Below, one piece after another: positions 1 through 8,212 of a DNA stretch of 36,477 bases (the stretch's first letter is position 1; every line of letters begins with the position of its first letter). The stretch spans positions 1-36,477 of the forward strand of contig JBDQPD010000028.1 in the NCBI GenBank assembly GCA_040260805.1, read 5' to 3'. Source of the stretch: Myxococcota bacterium (GTDB taxonomy: Bacteria > Myxococcota > UBA4151). The notes beneath the pieces are model-generated. The model was not told where the DNA came from and did not search any database. It worked only from the letters and a program-made list of their open reading frames with translations. A program made the translations under genes and the position numbers.

Positions 1-1
1 C

Positions 2-868
2 CCATCGCACCCCGATTTTGAAGAATGCGATGACGGCAACGACTCCGATGACGACGACTGCTCGACGACCTGTATCTCCCTCGGGTGCGGCAACGGTCGC
101 CTCAACGATGGCGAGGCCTGCGATGACGGCAACATCGAAGATGCGGACGCTTGTCGCAACGACTGCACGCTCGCCATCTGCGGCGACGGCGTCGCCCGCC
201 GAGATTTGCAGCTTGGTGAGCCCAACGCCGAGGCCTGTGATGACGGCAACCTGATCGACACCGACGCCTGCACCAGCGGCTGCACGCTCGCAGCCTGCGG
301 TGACGGCATCGTCCGAGAAGATCTCGGCGAGGACGCCGAAGGCTTTGAGGTCTGTGATGATGGCAACGCGGTGGATGAAGATGGCTGCTTGGGCTGTCAG
401 GTCGCTGTCTGCGGCGATGGCGTCGTGCGTGAGGACATTGCCGAGGGTGATGAGGGATACGAGGCCTGCGATGACGGTAACATGGATGATGGGGATGGCT
501 GCTCAGCGAGCTGCCAAAACGAGCGCCCACCAGTTAATGGCGACCTAGGAACCATCGCCTTTTGTGGCTACGGCGAGGCGCGCTCTGCGCCAGGCGCCGA
601 CCTTGAGCGAGTAGGTATTTACAACTCGCAAGCTAATCCGCTGCAGCGGCATAATGGGCACGCCAACTGGGACAGCTTTTGCCGCGCCAACGGGTGGCGC
701 GCATCAAATTCAGGTCGTGGTAATTCGAATCACCCCTGCAATCAGGTGATGGGGTATTGGAATCAAGGCGGTGTAGCCACGGGTACCGGGAGCTGGCGTT
801 CTGGAAATTATACGCCAAACCGCGGCGGCGGCAGCCACATCTACATGACCTGCATCGGCGGCCAGTAA
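2..868 (+). CDS. Myxococcus cysteine-rich repeat (DUF4215/TIGR02232-like) surface protein, 5'-truncated by the window edge, with a unique ~115-aa C-terminal domain
   Basis: The frame is open from base 2 (PSHPDFEECDDGNDSDDDDC...) to TAA at 866-868. Five E-x-CDDGN-x(5)-C repeats are visible, followed by a non-repeat N/G/W-rich tail. The track start at 206 is internal. Confidence 0.85.
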   Translation, partial: PSHPDFEECDDGNDSDDDDCSTTCISLGCGNGRLNDGEACDDGNIEDADACRNDCTLAICGDGVARRDLQLGEPNAEACDDGNLIDTDACTSGCTLAACGDGIVREDLGEDAEGFEVCDDGNAVDEDGCLGCQVAVCGDGVVREDIAEGDEGYEACDDGNMDDGDGCSASCQNERPPVNGDLGTIAFCGYGEARSAPGADLERVGIYNSQANPLQRHNGHANWDSFCRANGWRASNSGRGNSNHPCNQVMGYWNQGGVATGTGSWRSGNYTPNRGGGSHIYMTCIGGQ

Positions 869-1971
869 TGCGGCGAACCCAAGCCGCTTTGATGGGCTGC
901 TTGTGGCTGTTGGTGATAGGCTGTGAACCGCCGGTTGAGCCGGGCTGCGATGGCGCTGATTTTGTCGTCGCGCAAGGCGCTGAGTCCGTCGTGGTTCCGG
1001 TCGGCGTTCGTCGCTTTGATCGCTTCGGACTCAACGTCGAGATCTGGTACCCAGCAGAGCCTGGAAGTGCGGAGGGTAAATCCCCGATGCGCTACGATCT
1101 GCGCCAGTACTTAGAGCCTCAAGAGCGGCTCAAGATCAGCGACGAGAAAAACCCGTGGCAGGAATGCAACTGCTATGAGGGGCTGGCGTTGGACACCAAG
1201 CGCGGCCCTTATCCGGTGGTTCTATTTATTCATGGCACCGCCGGCTACGCCGCGCAAAGCGCCCAGCTCACTGCGTATTGGGCGAGCCAGGGTTTTGTGG
1301 TGATCGCGATGGACCATCCGGGGATTTATCTCACCGATTTGCTGGCTTTGAACATGGCGCCGCGTCAGGCGGAAGATGCCCGCGAATTACTCGCTGAGCT
1401 GCGCGCCTTTCAGGGTGGTTTTGCAGATCTAAAAGGGGTGGTTGACCTCAACCGAATTGCGATCTCTGGTCACAGCGCCGGCGGCTACGCCCTGTCCGAA
1501 CTAGGCGATGAGGCGGGCGTCCAGATGCTGATCCCCATGGCGGCTGGCGGTACGTCGGCCAGCGACGCTTACTCACTGGTGATGGGCGCCCTCGATGATC
1601 AAGTCGTGGTCTATGGTCAAGCCGAGGACGGCTACGCCGACACCCCGGGCGATAAAATGCTGCTCGGGCTGACGAACGCTGGTCACCTGGCCTTTAGCGA
1701 TCTGTGCGCCATCGGGCGCGAGCGCGGCGGGCTCATCGCGGTGCTTGATGAAACCGGCGTGACCTTGCCCGAGGCTGCGGGTGACCTGGTGCTCGAGCTC
1801 GGTACCGACGGCTGCGCCGAGACGCAGATGACGCCCGAGCGCGGCTGGGAGATCATCAACGCGGTCAGCGGCAGTTTGCTGCGCGCAAAGCTGCAATGCC
1901 GGGGCGCAGCGATGACCGCCGATCAGATCGTCGCTGAGTTTGGCGCCGACGTGGTCGCTAGCGAGCCGTAA
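868..1971 (+). CDS. Alpha/beta-hydrolase lipoprotein (PAF-acetylhydrolase/dienelactone-hydrolase/lipase-like)
   Basis: ATG at 868 overlaps the upstream TAA (TAATG). Lipobox-like LVIGC, PVVLFIHG, nucleophile elbow GHSAGG, and candidate Asp (DDQVV) and His (AGHLAFSD). Confidence 0.85.
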   Translation: MRRTQAALMGCLWLLVIGCEPPVEPGCDGADFVVAQGAESVVVPVGVRRFDRFGLNVEIWYPAEPGSAEGKSPMRYDLRQYLEPQERLKISDEKNPWQECNCYEGLALDTKRGPYPVVLFIHGTAGYAAQSAQLTAYWASQGFVVIAMDHPGIYLTDLLALNMAPRQAEDARELLAELRAFQGGFADLKGVVDLNRIAISGHSAGGYALSELGDEAGVQMLIPMAAGGTSASDAYSLVMGALDDQVVVYGQAEDGYADTPGDKMLLGLTNAGHLAFSDLCAIGRERGGLIAVLDETGVTLPEAAGDLVLELGTDGCAETQMTPERGWEIINAVSGSLLRAKLQCRGAAMTADQIVAEFGADVVASEP

Positions 1972-3163
1972 AACGGATCGGCAGCGTTTTGATGCCCGCA
2001 ATAAAATTGGATCGCAGACGGCGGACTTCGCCGGTTAGCTTGATGTCGGTCATGCGCTCAGCCATCGCCTGGAACAGCAGCTTGATCTCAAGTCGCGCCA
2101 AGCTCGCCCCAAGGCAGAAATGCTCGCCGACGCCGAACGCGACGTGCTCGTTGGGCGTGCGCGTGATGTCAAAGCGAAAGGGGTCTTCAAAGCGGGCCTC
2201 GTCACGATTGGCGCTCATGTAAAAGAGCGCAATTTTGTCGTCTTCCTTCATCTCGGTCCCGTGAAAGTTAAGATCCCGGGTGCAGGTGCGCCGCATATAG
2301 ATCACTGGCGTCGACCAGCGCAGAATTTCTTCGGTGGCGCTGTCGGCGAGGCTCGGGTCCTCGACCAAACGTTGCCACTGATCGGGGTGCTCGAGCATGC
2401 CCAGCAGACCGCTTGAGATGGCGTTGCGCGTCGTCTCGTTTCCGGCGACGCTGAGCAGCAAAAAGAAGGCGTTAAATTCGGCCTCGGTGACCGCCTCACC
2501 GTCGACCTCGGCGTTGAGTAAAACGTGGATCAGATCATCGGCTCGTCGCCCGCCGCGTCCATCGACTAACTCTTGAGCATATTGCCAGAGCTCCATGGCG
2601 GCGATGCGTGAATCCTCGACGGAGCTTTGAAACTCAGGGTCGTCAAAACCGATGAGTCGGTTGGACCAGTCAAAGATCAGCTGAAAATCGGTCTCTGGAA
2701 TACCGACTAAGCGGCAGATCACGCGCAAGGGCAGCTCGGCGGCTACCGTCCGCACAAAGTCGACCTCGCCGAGCGGTAGAATACGCTCCATGATCTCGTC
2801 GATATCGTCGCGGATGCGGGTCTCCATCAGTCGGACCATACGCGGGGTAAAACCACGGCTCACCAGTTTTCGAAATTTCGAGTGTTGCGGTGGGTCCATG
2901 TTGAGCATGAGCTGGCGAATCGGAAACAGGTCCTCATCGGCATAGTCATCCAGGGTCGATCCACCGCGCCAGGACGAGAAGTCCTGGGGGTTTTTCGAGA
3001 TCTCCACCAGGTGGTCGGCTTTCGTGATCGCCCAAAATGGGCGGCCGTTGGGCATTTCGTGATGGAAGATGGGTTGCTCACTTCGCAAAAGCGCAAGCTC
3101 TTCATGGAGCACACGCTGTGCCCAGCCATCCAGATCGTACAAGTCGACGTCGGCTAACTCCAT
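1958..3163 (-). CDS. Cytochrome P450, CYP125/CYP142/CYP124-like (putative sterol side-chain C26/27 oxidase)
   Basis: I-helix AGNETT, ExxR (EEILRW), heme-ligand motif FGVGEHFCLG and MLNMDPPQH. Start moved to ATG 3163 (MELADVDL), which has a GGAGA RBS. The subfamily is inferred from resemblance and context. Confidence 0.9.
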   Translation of the reverse strand: MELADVDLYDLDGWAQRVLHEELALLRSEQPIFHHEMPNGRPFWAITKADHLVEISKNPQDFSSWRGGSTLDDYADEDLFPIRQLMLNMDPPQHSKFRKLVSRGFTPRMVRLMETRIRDDIDEIMERILPLGEVDFVRTVAAELPLRVICRLVGIPETDFQLIFDWSNRLIGFDDPEFQSSVEDSRIAAMELWQYAQELVDGRGGRRADDLIHVLLNAEVDGEAVTEAEFNAFFLLLSVAGNETTRNAISSGLLGMLEHPDQWQRLVEDPSLADSATEEILRWSTPVIYMRRTCTRDLNFHGTEMKEDDKIALFYMSANRDEARFEDPFRFDITRTPNEHVAFGVGEHFCLGASLARLEIKLLFQAMAERMTDIKLTGEVRRLRSNFIAGIKTLPIRFTAR

Positions 3164-3196
3164 GCTGGTCTCTCCTCGACAATAGCAGCGCCCTTC

Positions 3197-3210
3197 TCGA
3201 ACATGTTCAA
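3197..3210. promoter_or_regulatory. KstR-like operator 1 (TCGAACATGTTCAA)
   Basis: Exact match to TnnAACnnGTTnnA, 33 bp upstream of the P450 start in a divergent promoter region. Confidence 0.65.
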
Positions 3211-3253
3211 GGACCTGACGACAAGGGTCGAGACGCGCGTTTTGCGAAGCGAT

Positions 3254-3267
3254 TGAAACATGTTCTA
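3254..3267. promoter_or_regulatory. KstR-like operator 2 (TGAAACATGTTCTA)
   Basis: Exact match to TnnAACnnGTTnnA, embedded in the larger inverted repeat AGCGATT...AATCGCT (3248-3273). It overlaps a possible extended -10 (TGnTCTAAT) for the hydratase gene. Confidence 0.7.
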
Positions 3268-3290
3268 ATCGCTGCGTCGGGAGTGCACTG

Positions 3291-4178
3291 ATGGCTGACG
3301 AAATTCTCTTTGAGTCCAAACACCACGTGGCGGTGGTCACGCTGAATCGCCCCGAGGCACGCAATGCCTTGAATTTATCGGCTCTTGCGGCGCTTGCCGA
3401 CGCCTGGACGCGGATCGACGAAGACCCCGAGATCCGGGTGGCGATCCTCACCGGAGCGGGTGGCCATTTTTGCTCGGGCAGCGACCTCAAAGAGATGCAC
3501 GGCGACCAGAGCCACAATCCGGTGCACAAACGCTTTGTACCCAACGACCAGCTCGTCGCTTCGGCGCTCGCTGCGCTGCGCGACGGCCAGGCTTCAAAGG
3601 CTCAAGAGTTGCTCGAAGAGCACCAAGGACGCGGCGGCGCGGTGCCCGTTCATTGGCGCGCCTTTTTGCGCGACCAGCGCTTGTCCAAACCGTTGATCGC
3701 TGCGGTCGAGGGCTACGCGCTCGGCGGCGGCACCGAGGTGCTGCAAGGCTGCGATCTAAGGGTGGCGGGTCGCTCCGCTCAGTTTGGGCTCACGGAGGTT
3801 AAGTGGGGCTTGTTTCCATTGGGTGGCTCAACCGCTCGGTTGACCAAGCAAATCCCTTACACTCGGGCGATGGAGCTGCTTTTGACGGGCGGTCGTATGG
3901 ACGCCGAGGAGGCCTATCGTTGCGGTTTGATCGGCCGCGTCGTCGACGACGGCGCCACCCTCGAAGCTGCCCATGAGTGGGCGCAGATGATCGCCGCCAA
4001 CGGACCCTTTGCGGTGCAAAATGTCCTCGCTAGCGTGCGCGCTGCGGAAGGCCTGAACGATGCCCAAGCCACGGCGACGGTCGACGCCTTTGGTAACCCG
4101 GTGCTCTACAGCCAAGACGCTCGTGAAGGCGCCCGAGCGTTTCGCGAGGGTCGAGCGCCTGAATTCAAAGGTGAGTAG
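3291..4178 (+). CDS. echA19: Enoyl-CoA hydratase (crotonase), EchA19-like steroid side-chain hydratase
   Basis: Crotonase motifs VTLNRPEARNAL, FCSGSDL and KPLIAAVEGYALGGGTE. The segment GGTEVLQGCDLRVAG...EVKWGLFPLGGS..RL.KQIPYT closely resembles my recollection of mycobacterial EchA19. Confidence 0.8.
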   Translation: MADEILFESKHHVAVVTLNRPEARNALNLSALAALADAWTRIDEDPEIRVAILTGAGGHFCSGSDLKEMHGDQSHNPVHKRFVPNDQLVASALAALRDGQASKAQELLEEHQGRGGAVPVHWRAFLRDQRLSKPLIAAVEGYALGGGTEVLQGCDLRVAGRSAQFGLTEVKWGLFPLGGSTARLTKQIPYTRAMELLLTGGRMDAEEAYRCGLIGRVVDDGATLEAAHEWAQMIAANGPFAVQNVLASVRAAEGLNDAQATATVDAFGNPVLYSQDAREGARAFREGRAPEFKGE

Positions 4179-4241
4179 CCCAGCCGATTGCCATTGAGAA
4201 CTGTATAGCCTTCGGCTACACCTTGGGTCGGGGAACCACCT

Positions 4242-4997
4242 ATGCCTATGCTACTCACTGCGCTGCTCATCGCAGCGCCGGCGGCGAAGCCGGACCTTGC
4301 GATGATGGACATGAAAGCCGTTCACGGCGTCGAGGATTCGCTCGCTGCGGTGCTCAACGAGAGCTTCTTGGTGGCGCTCAAAAACAGCAACCAGTTCGGC
4401 AGCGTGGTGGGGGGCTCGGACTTGCGAGCGATGCTCGACCTTGAGCAGCAAAAGCAAGCGCTCGGATGCGGCGATGATGGCTGCTTAGCTGAGCTCGGCG
4501 GCGCCTTGGGTGTGCCCTATTTGTTCTACACCAGCTTAGCGAAAGTCGGCTCTCGGTATGTGATGCACTACAAGGTGATGGCGGTCGAAGAAGCCAATGT
4601 CGTGGTGCGCGGGATGAAGACTGCGGGTGATGCGGACGGCTTGCTCGGGATGCCGCAAACGCTGGTCGATGAGGCGATGAAGTCGATGTTCAAAGCGAAG
4701 CCGAAAGCTGAAGCCGTTGCGCAGGCTCCAAGCGCAGCGAAGGCGCCGGCTAAAGCCTCAAAGCCGATCAAGATGAGTCGTTGGGTAGGTGTCGGTTTGA
4801 CGGTCGCAGGCGGCGGTTTAGCGGCTGTTGGGTACACTGGATACAGCTCGGCGCGTCAGACCTACGCGGGAAAACCGGCGCCTACGAGTCAAGATTATGC
4901 AGACTATGAGTCGGCCTCAGGACCTGCGAATACGATGTGGATCAGCGGGCTTGGCTTAGCCGTAGTCGGCGCAGGATTGGCGGTGGTCGCACCATGA
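4242..4997 (+). CDS. Exported protein with a TolB-N/CsgG-like alpha/beta domain and Gly-rich hydrophobic C-terminal helices
   Basis: Signal peptide MPMLLTALLIAAPAA, a DLRAMLDLEQQKQALGC..DGCLAELGGALG motif, an Ala/Lys/Pro linker and two Gly-rich hydrophobic segments. Its stop overlaps the next start (ATGA). Confidence 0.7.
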   Translation: MPMLLTALLIAAPAAKPDLAMMDMKAVHGVEDSLAAVLNESFLVALKNSNQFGSVVGGSDLRAMLDLEQQKQALGCGDDGCLAELGGALGVPYLFYTSLAKVGSRYVMHYKVMAVEEANVVVRGMKTAGDADGLLGMPQTLVDEAMKSMFKAKPKAEAVAQAPSAAKAPAKASKPIKMSRWVGVGLTVAGGGLAAVGYTGYSSARQTYAGKPAPTSQDYADYESASGPANTMWISGLGLAVVGAGLAVVAP

Positions 4998-7900
4998 AAA
5001 GATTAAGCGTTCTGTTCTCTTTGTTGGGGCTTAGTGCCTGCTTGTCGGCGAGCCCACTCGACAACGAAAACGTCAGCCAACCCGGTGCGGGGCCATGTGC
5101 CTTGGACTCGGAGTGTGCTCGAGGCGAAGTGTGCCTCTCGGGTGCGTGCATCGCTGCCGGTGCAGATCGTCCTGTCTGCGGCGACAAGTTACTGCGCACC
5201 GATCTCTCGCCTGGACAAGCTGGCTACGAACAATGTGATGACGGCAACGATGATGATACCGACGCCTGCCGCAACGACTGCACCTCGGCGTTTTGCGGTG
5301 ACGGCATTCTCCGAACCGACTTAGCCGATGGCGATGAGGGATTTGAGCAGTGTGATCAAGGCGAAGCGAACTCGGATGACGAGCCAAACGCCTGCCGCAT
5401 GAATTGCCAGAGCCCTTCATGCGGTGACGGCACAATGGACGAGGATGAAAGCTGCGACGACGGCAATGAGATCGACACCGACGTCTGCCTCAACGACTGC
5501 ACCGTGGCCGGCTGCGGCGACGGCATCCGTCGAACCGACCTAGCCGATGGCGATGAGGGGTTTGAGCAGTGTGATCAAGGCGAAGCGAACTCGGATGACG
5601 AGCCGAACGCCTGCCGCATGAATTGCCAGAGCCCTTCATGCGGTGACGGCACGATGGACGAGGGTGAAGGGTGCGACGACGGCAATGAGATCGACACCGA
5701 CGCCTGCCGCAACGACTGCACCTCGGCGTTTTGTGGTGACGGCATTCTCCGAACCGACTTAGCCGATGGCGATGAGGGGTTTGAGCAGTGTGATCAAGGC
5801 GAAGCGAACTCGGATGACGAGTCGAACGTCTGCCGCATGAATTGCCAGAGCCCTTCATGCGGTGACGGCACGATGGACGAGGGTGAAGCTTGCGATGATG
5901 GTAATCAGATTCAAACCGATGATTGCCTCAGTAATTGTGTTGTCGCCTCATGCGGTGATGACGTTGTGCGAGCTGGCGTTGAAGCCTGCGATGATGGAAA
6001 TCGAGTCGACCAAGATGCGTGTCGAAACACTTGCCAAGCAAACAATCTACCGACTCTTGATGCGGTTACGATTAATCCTCTGAGGCTAGCCAAAGGAGCA
6101 ACTGCGACCTGTCTCCCGTCAGTGCCTGGAGCAATCGATACGGACGGCGATGACATCTATTTTGAATATCAATGGCTCGTTGGCGGTCAGGTGATAGCAA
6201 CAGATCAAGTTATTATTGTGACGTCCAATCCGGGTACGTCATTGGTGTGCAGGATCACTGCGAACGATTACGAATGTAATCTTGATCCGGGGGGGCGCTG
6301 TGGATCGCCGGTCCAATCAAATCCGGTGGTCATAGTACACAGCTGCGGTGACGGCATTGTGCACGATCCCGCTGAAGCTTGTGATGATGGGAATCAAACC
6401 GATACCGATGCTTGCCGCAACGACTGCACCGTGGCGAGCTGCGGCGATGGCGTCCTTCGGTTGGATCTCAACGAAGGTCAGGCAGGTCACGAAGTTTGCG
6501 ACGATGGAAACCAGGTCGATAACGATGGATGCAGCGCAACTTGTACCTTGGAGCATCAGTGCGGCAACGGCGTCGTTGAAGGCAATGAAGCCTGCGATGA
6601 TGGCAACGCAGACACCCAGGACGCGTGCACCAATGCATGCCAAATGGCGCGCTGCGGTGACGGGGTTCAGCGTGGAGACCTTCAAGAAGGAGATGATGAC
6701 TACGAGCATTGCGACGACGGCAACGACGTCGACACCGACGCCTGCCGCAACAACTGCGACCCTGCAGGCTGCGGCGATGGTGTCGTTTACGCGGGTCACG
6801 AGGAATGCGATGATCAGAACGGGAACGATAACGACGGGTGTACGGGCCAATGTCAGAACGCTGAATGCGGCGACGGGGTCGTCCGCAATGGCGTTGAGCA
6901 ATGCGATGATGGCAACAACAACGACAATGATCAGTGCAGGAACAACTGCACGTCACCCGCCATGCCAGTCGCACTGATCGATTCGGGCGCTGAGCACACC
7001 TGCGTCGTGCGTGACCCCGACGAAGACGGCTCAGGGGTCGTGTATTGTTGGGGTGCCAACGACAAACACCAACTCGCAACCAACAACGATCCGCAACAAA
7101 ATGGGATTGAATTTAGCCCGTCTCCGCGGCGGATTTGGCCGCAAAATGACCAAGCGCCGATTGTTTCGCTGGGCGCTGGTAACACCTTCACACACATCTC
7201 GTACGGCTCCAACGTTCGCACGTGGGGAACGTCGGCGGTGCACGCAAACCAACAAAATGGCGGCGATCATAACGGCCTTGGGCATGGCGCCTCTGTGGAT
7301 CAACTCACCACGGCGACGGAACTACCTGCCGCAGCTAAAACCTGGGGTGACGATAACATCCTCGGCGTCGCTGGCGGCTTTGCGATGTCGGCGTTTCGAA
7401 CGCCGAGCGCGGTGTATGTCGCAGGTTGTGCCATCGATGGTGGCGGTAACAATCAGCCTCCAAACTGCCATCAAACCCTGCAGTGGGGCGATGACAACCA
7501 TAGCGAGCGCGCTATTTCCGTGATGCTCAACGATCAGAACTTCCAACCATCTGATCTCATGATTGGCGGCAACTACCTGTGCGCCACGCGCCAGAATAAT
7601 CACTTGTACTGTTTGGGGCTCAATGCTCCGCAGATCGCTTTGGGTGGTGAACAGAACTCGAGCACGACTTGGTGGCAAAGCCAAATAGCAAATTTCTCGT
7701 CGCCGCTGACGGTAGCAGGCCCCTTCGCTGGAGCTAAGAGTCTCAACTGCTTCAACAACGGCGCTCTGGTTCGCTGCCGAGGGCAAAACCCGAACGATAA
7801 CCCCGCCACGGTGACGGTTAGGTCAATTCCTCAAGCAGAGTTTCCTCTACGAGATCTCGACGTCGGTGACGGCGTCGGCTGCGCAGTCGGGGGTTCGGGT

Positions 7901-8212
7901 TGTGTGTACTGTTGGGGCTCAAACCACGAAGGTCAGCGCGGCAATGGCGTGCGACATAATTGCCAACCCGGCCAACAATGCAATGCGCCAGACTTTGACG
8001 AGGCAACCCCGGTGAGCGCATTTTGCGGTCAAAATCCAACCCTAGCTGGTGGTGCCATCCGTAGTGTCACGGTGAGCCGGTCGCATGTGTGCGTGAGCAA
8101 ACCAGGCGGCGCTGCGGTGTGGTGCTGGGGTGATACGCGCAAAGGCCAGTGCGGTGTTCAAGGGAACAATACGCACCAGTTGACCCCGCGATTGATCTCG
8201 TTTGGAAATTAG
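4994..8212 (+). CDS. Large lipoprotein: 14 Myxococcus Cys-rich repeats, an Ig-like insert and a C-terminal RCC1/BLIP-II-like beta-propeller
   Basis: Start ATG 4994 (MKRLSVLFSLLGLSAC lipobox). CGDG...E.CD[DQ]G repeats, an Ig-like segment (DTDGDDIYFEYQW) at about 6040-6340, and RCC1-type blades (SGAEHTC..VYCWGAN, VYCWGSN, VWCWGD) from about 6960. Confidence 0.88.
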   Translation: MKRLSVLFSLLGLSACLSASPLDNENVSQPGAGPCALDSECARGEVCLSGACIAAGADRPVCGDKLLRTDLSPGQAGYEQCDDGNDDDTDACRNDCTSAFCGDGILRTDLADGDEGFEQCDQGEANSDDEPNACRMNCQSPSCGDGTMDEDESCDDGNEIDTDVCLNDCTVAGCGDGIRRTDLADGDEGFEQCDQGEANSDDEPNACRMNCQSPSCGDGTMDEGEGCDDGNEIDTDACRNDCTSAFCGDGILRTDLADGDEGFEQCDQGEANSDDESNVCRMNCQSPSCGDGTMDEGEACDDGNQIQTDDCLSNCVVASCGDDVVRAGVEACDDGNRVDQDACRNTCQANNLPTLDAVTINPLRLAKGATATCLPSVPGAIDTDGDDIYFEYQWLVGGQVIATDQVIIVTSNPGTSLVCRITANDYECNLDPGGRCGSPVQSNPVVIVHSCGDGIVHDPAEACDDGNQTDTDACRNDCTVASCGDGVLRLDLNEGQAGHEVCDDGNQVDNDGCSATCTLEHQCGNGVVEGNEACDDGNADTQDACTNACQMARCGDGVQRGDLQEGDDDYEHCDDGNDVDTDACRNNCDPAGCGDGVVYAGHEECDDQNGNDNDGCTGQCQNAECGDGVVRNGVEQCDDGNNNDNDQCRNNCTSPAMPVALIDSGAEHTCVVRDPDEDGSGVVYCWGANDKHQLATNNDPQQNGIEFSPSPRRIWPQNDQAPIVSLGAGNTFTHISYGSNVRTWGTSAVHANQQNGGDHNGLGHGASVDQLTTATELPAAAKTWGDDNILGVAGGFAMSAFRTPSAVYVAGCAIDGGGNNQPPNCHQTLQWGDDNHSERAISVMLNDQNFQPSDLMIGGNYLCATRQNNHLYCLGLNAPQIALGGEQNSSTTWWQSQIANFSSPLTVAGPFAGAKSLNCFNNGALVRCRGQNPNDNPATVTVRSIPQAEFPLRDLDVGDGVGCAVGGSGCVYCWGSNHEGQRGNGVRHNCQPGQQCNAPDFDEATPVSAFCGQNPTLAGGAIRSVTVSRSHVCVSKPGGAAVWCWGDTRKGQCGVQGNNTHQLTPRLISFGN
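5258..5890 (+). repeat. Near-identical 219-bp tandem repeat (~2.9 copies, 73 aa each) within the lipoprotein gene
   Basis: The anchor CGAACCGAC recurs at 5312, 5531 and 5750 (period 219), with long identical DNA stretches between copies. Confidence 0.9.

Noticed and set aside
3197..3210. Palindromes as Gram-positive-type LexA (SOS) boxes
   Set aside because: That box is GAAC-N4-GTTC. All three sites here have a 2-nt spacer and flank lipid/steroid genes rather than repair genes.
3164..3544. N-terminal extension of the P450 ORF (track start 3544)
   Set aside because: It overlaps the hydratase gene and the promoter. ATG 3163 has an RBS and gives a normal ~400-aa P450.
5258..5890. Tandem repeats as a CRISPR array or DGR template/variable repeats
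   Set aside because: They are in-frame coding repeats with no unique spacers. Mismatches are not adenine-specific, and no cas or reverse transcriptase gene is present.
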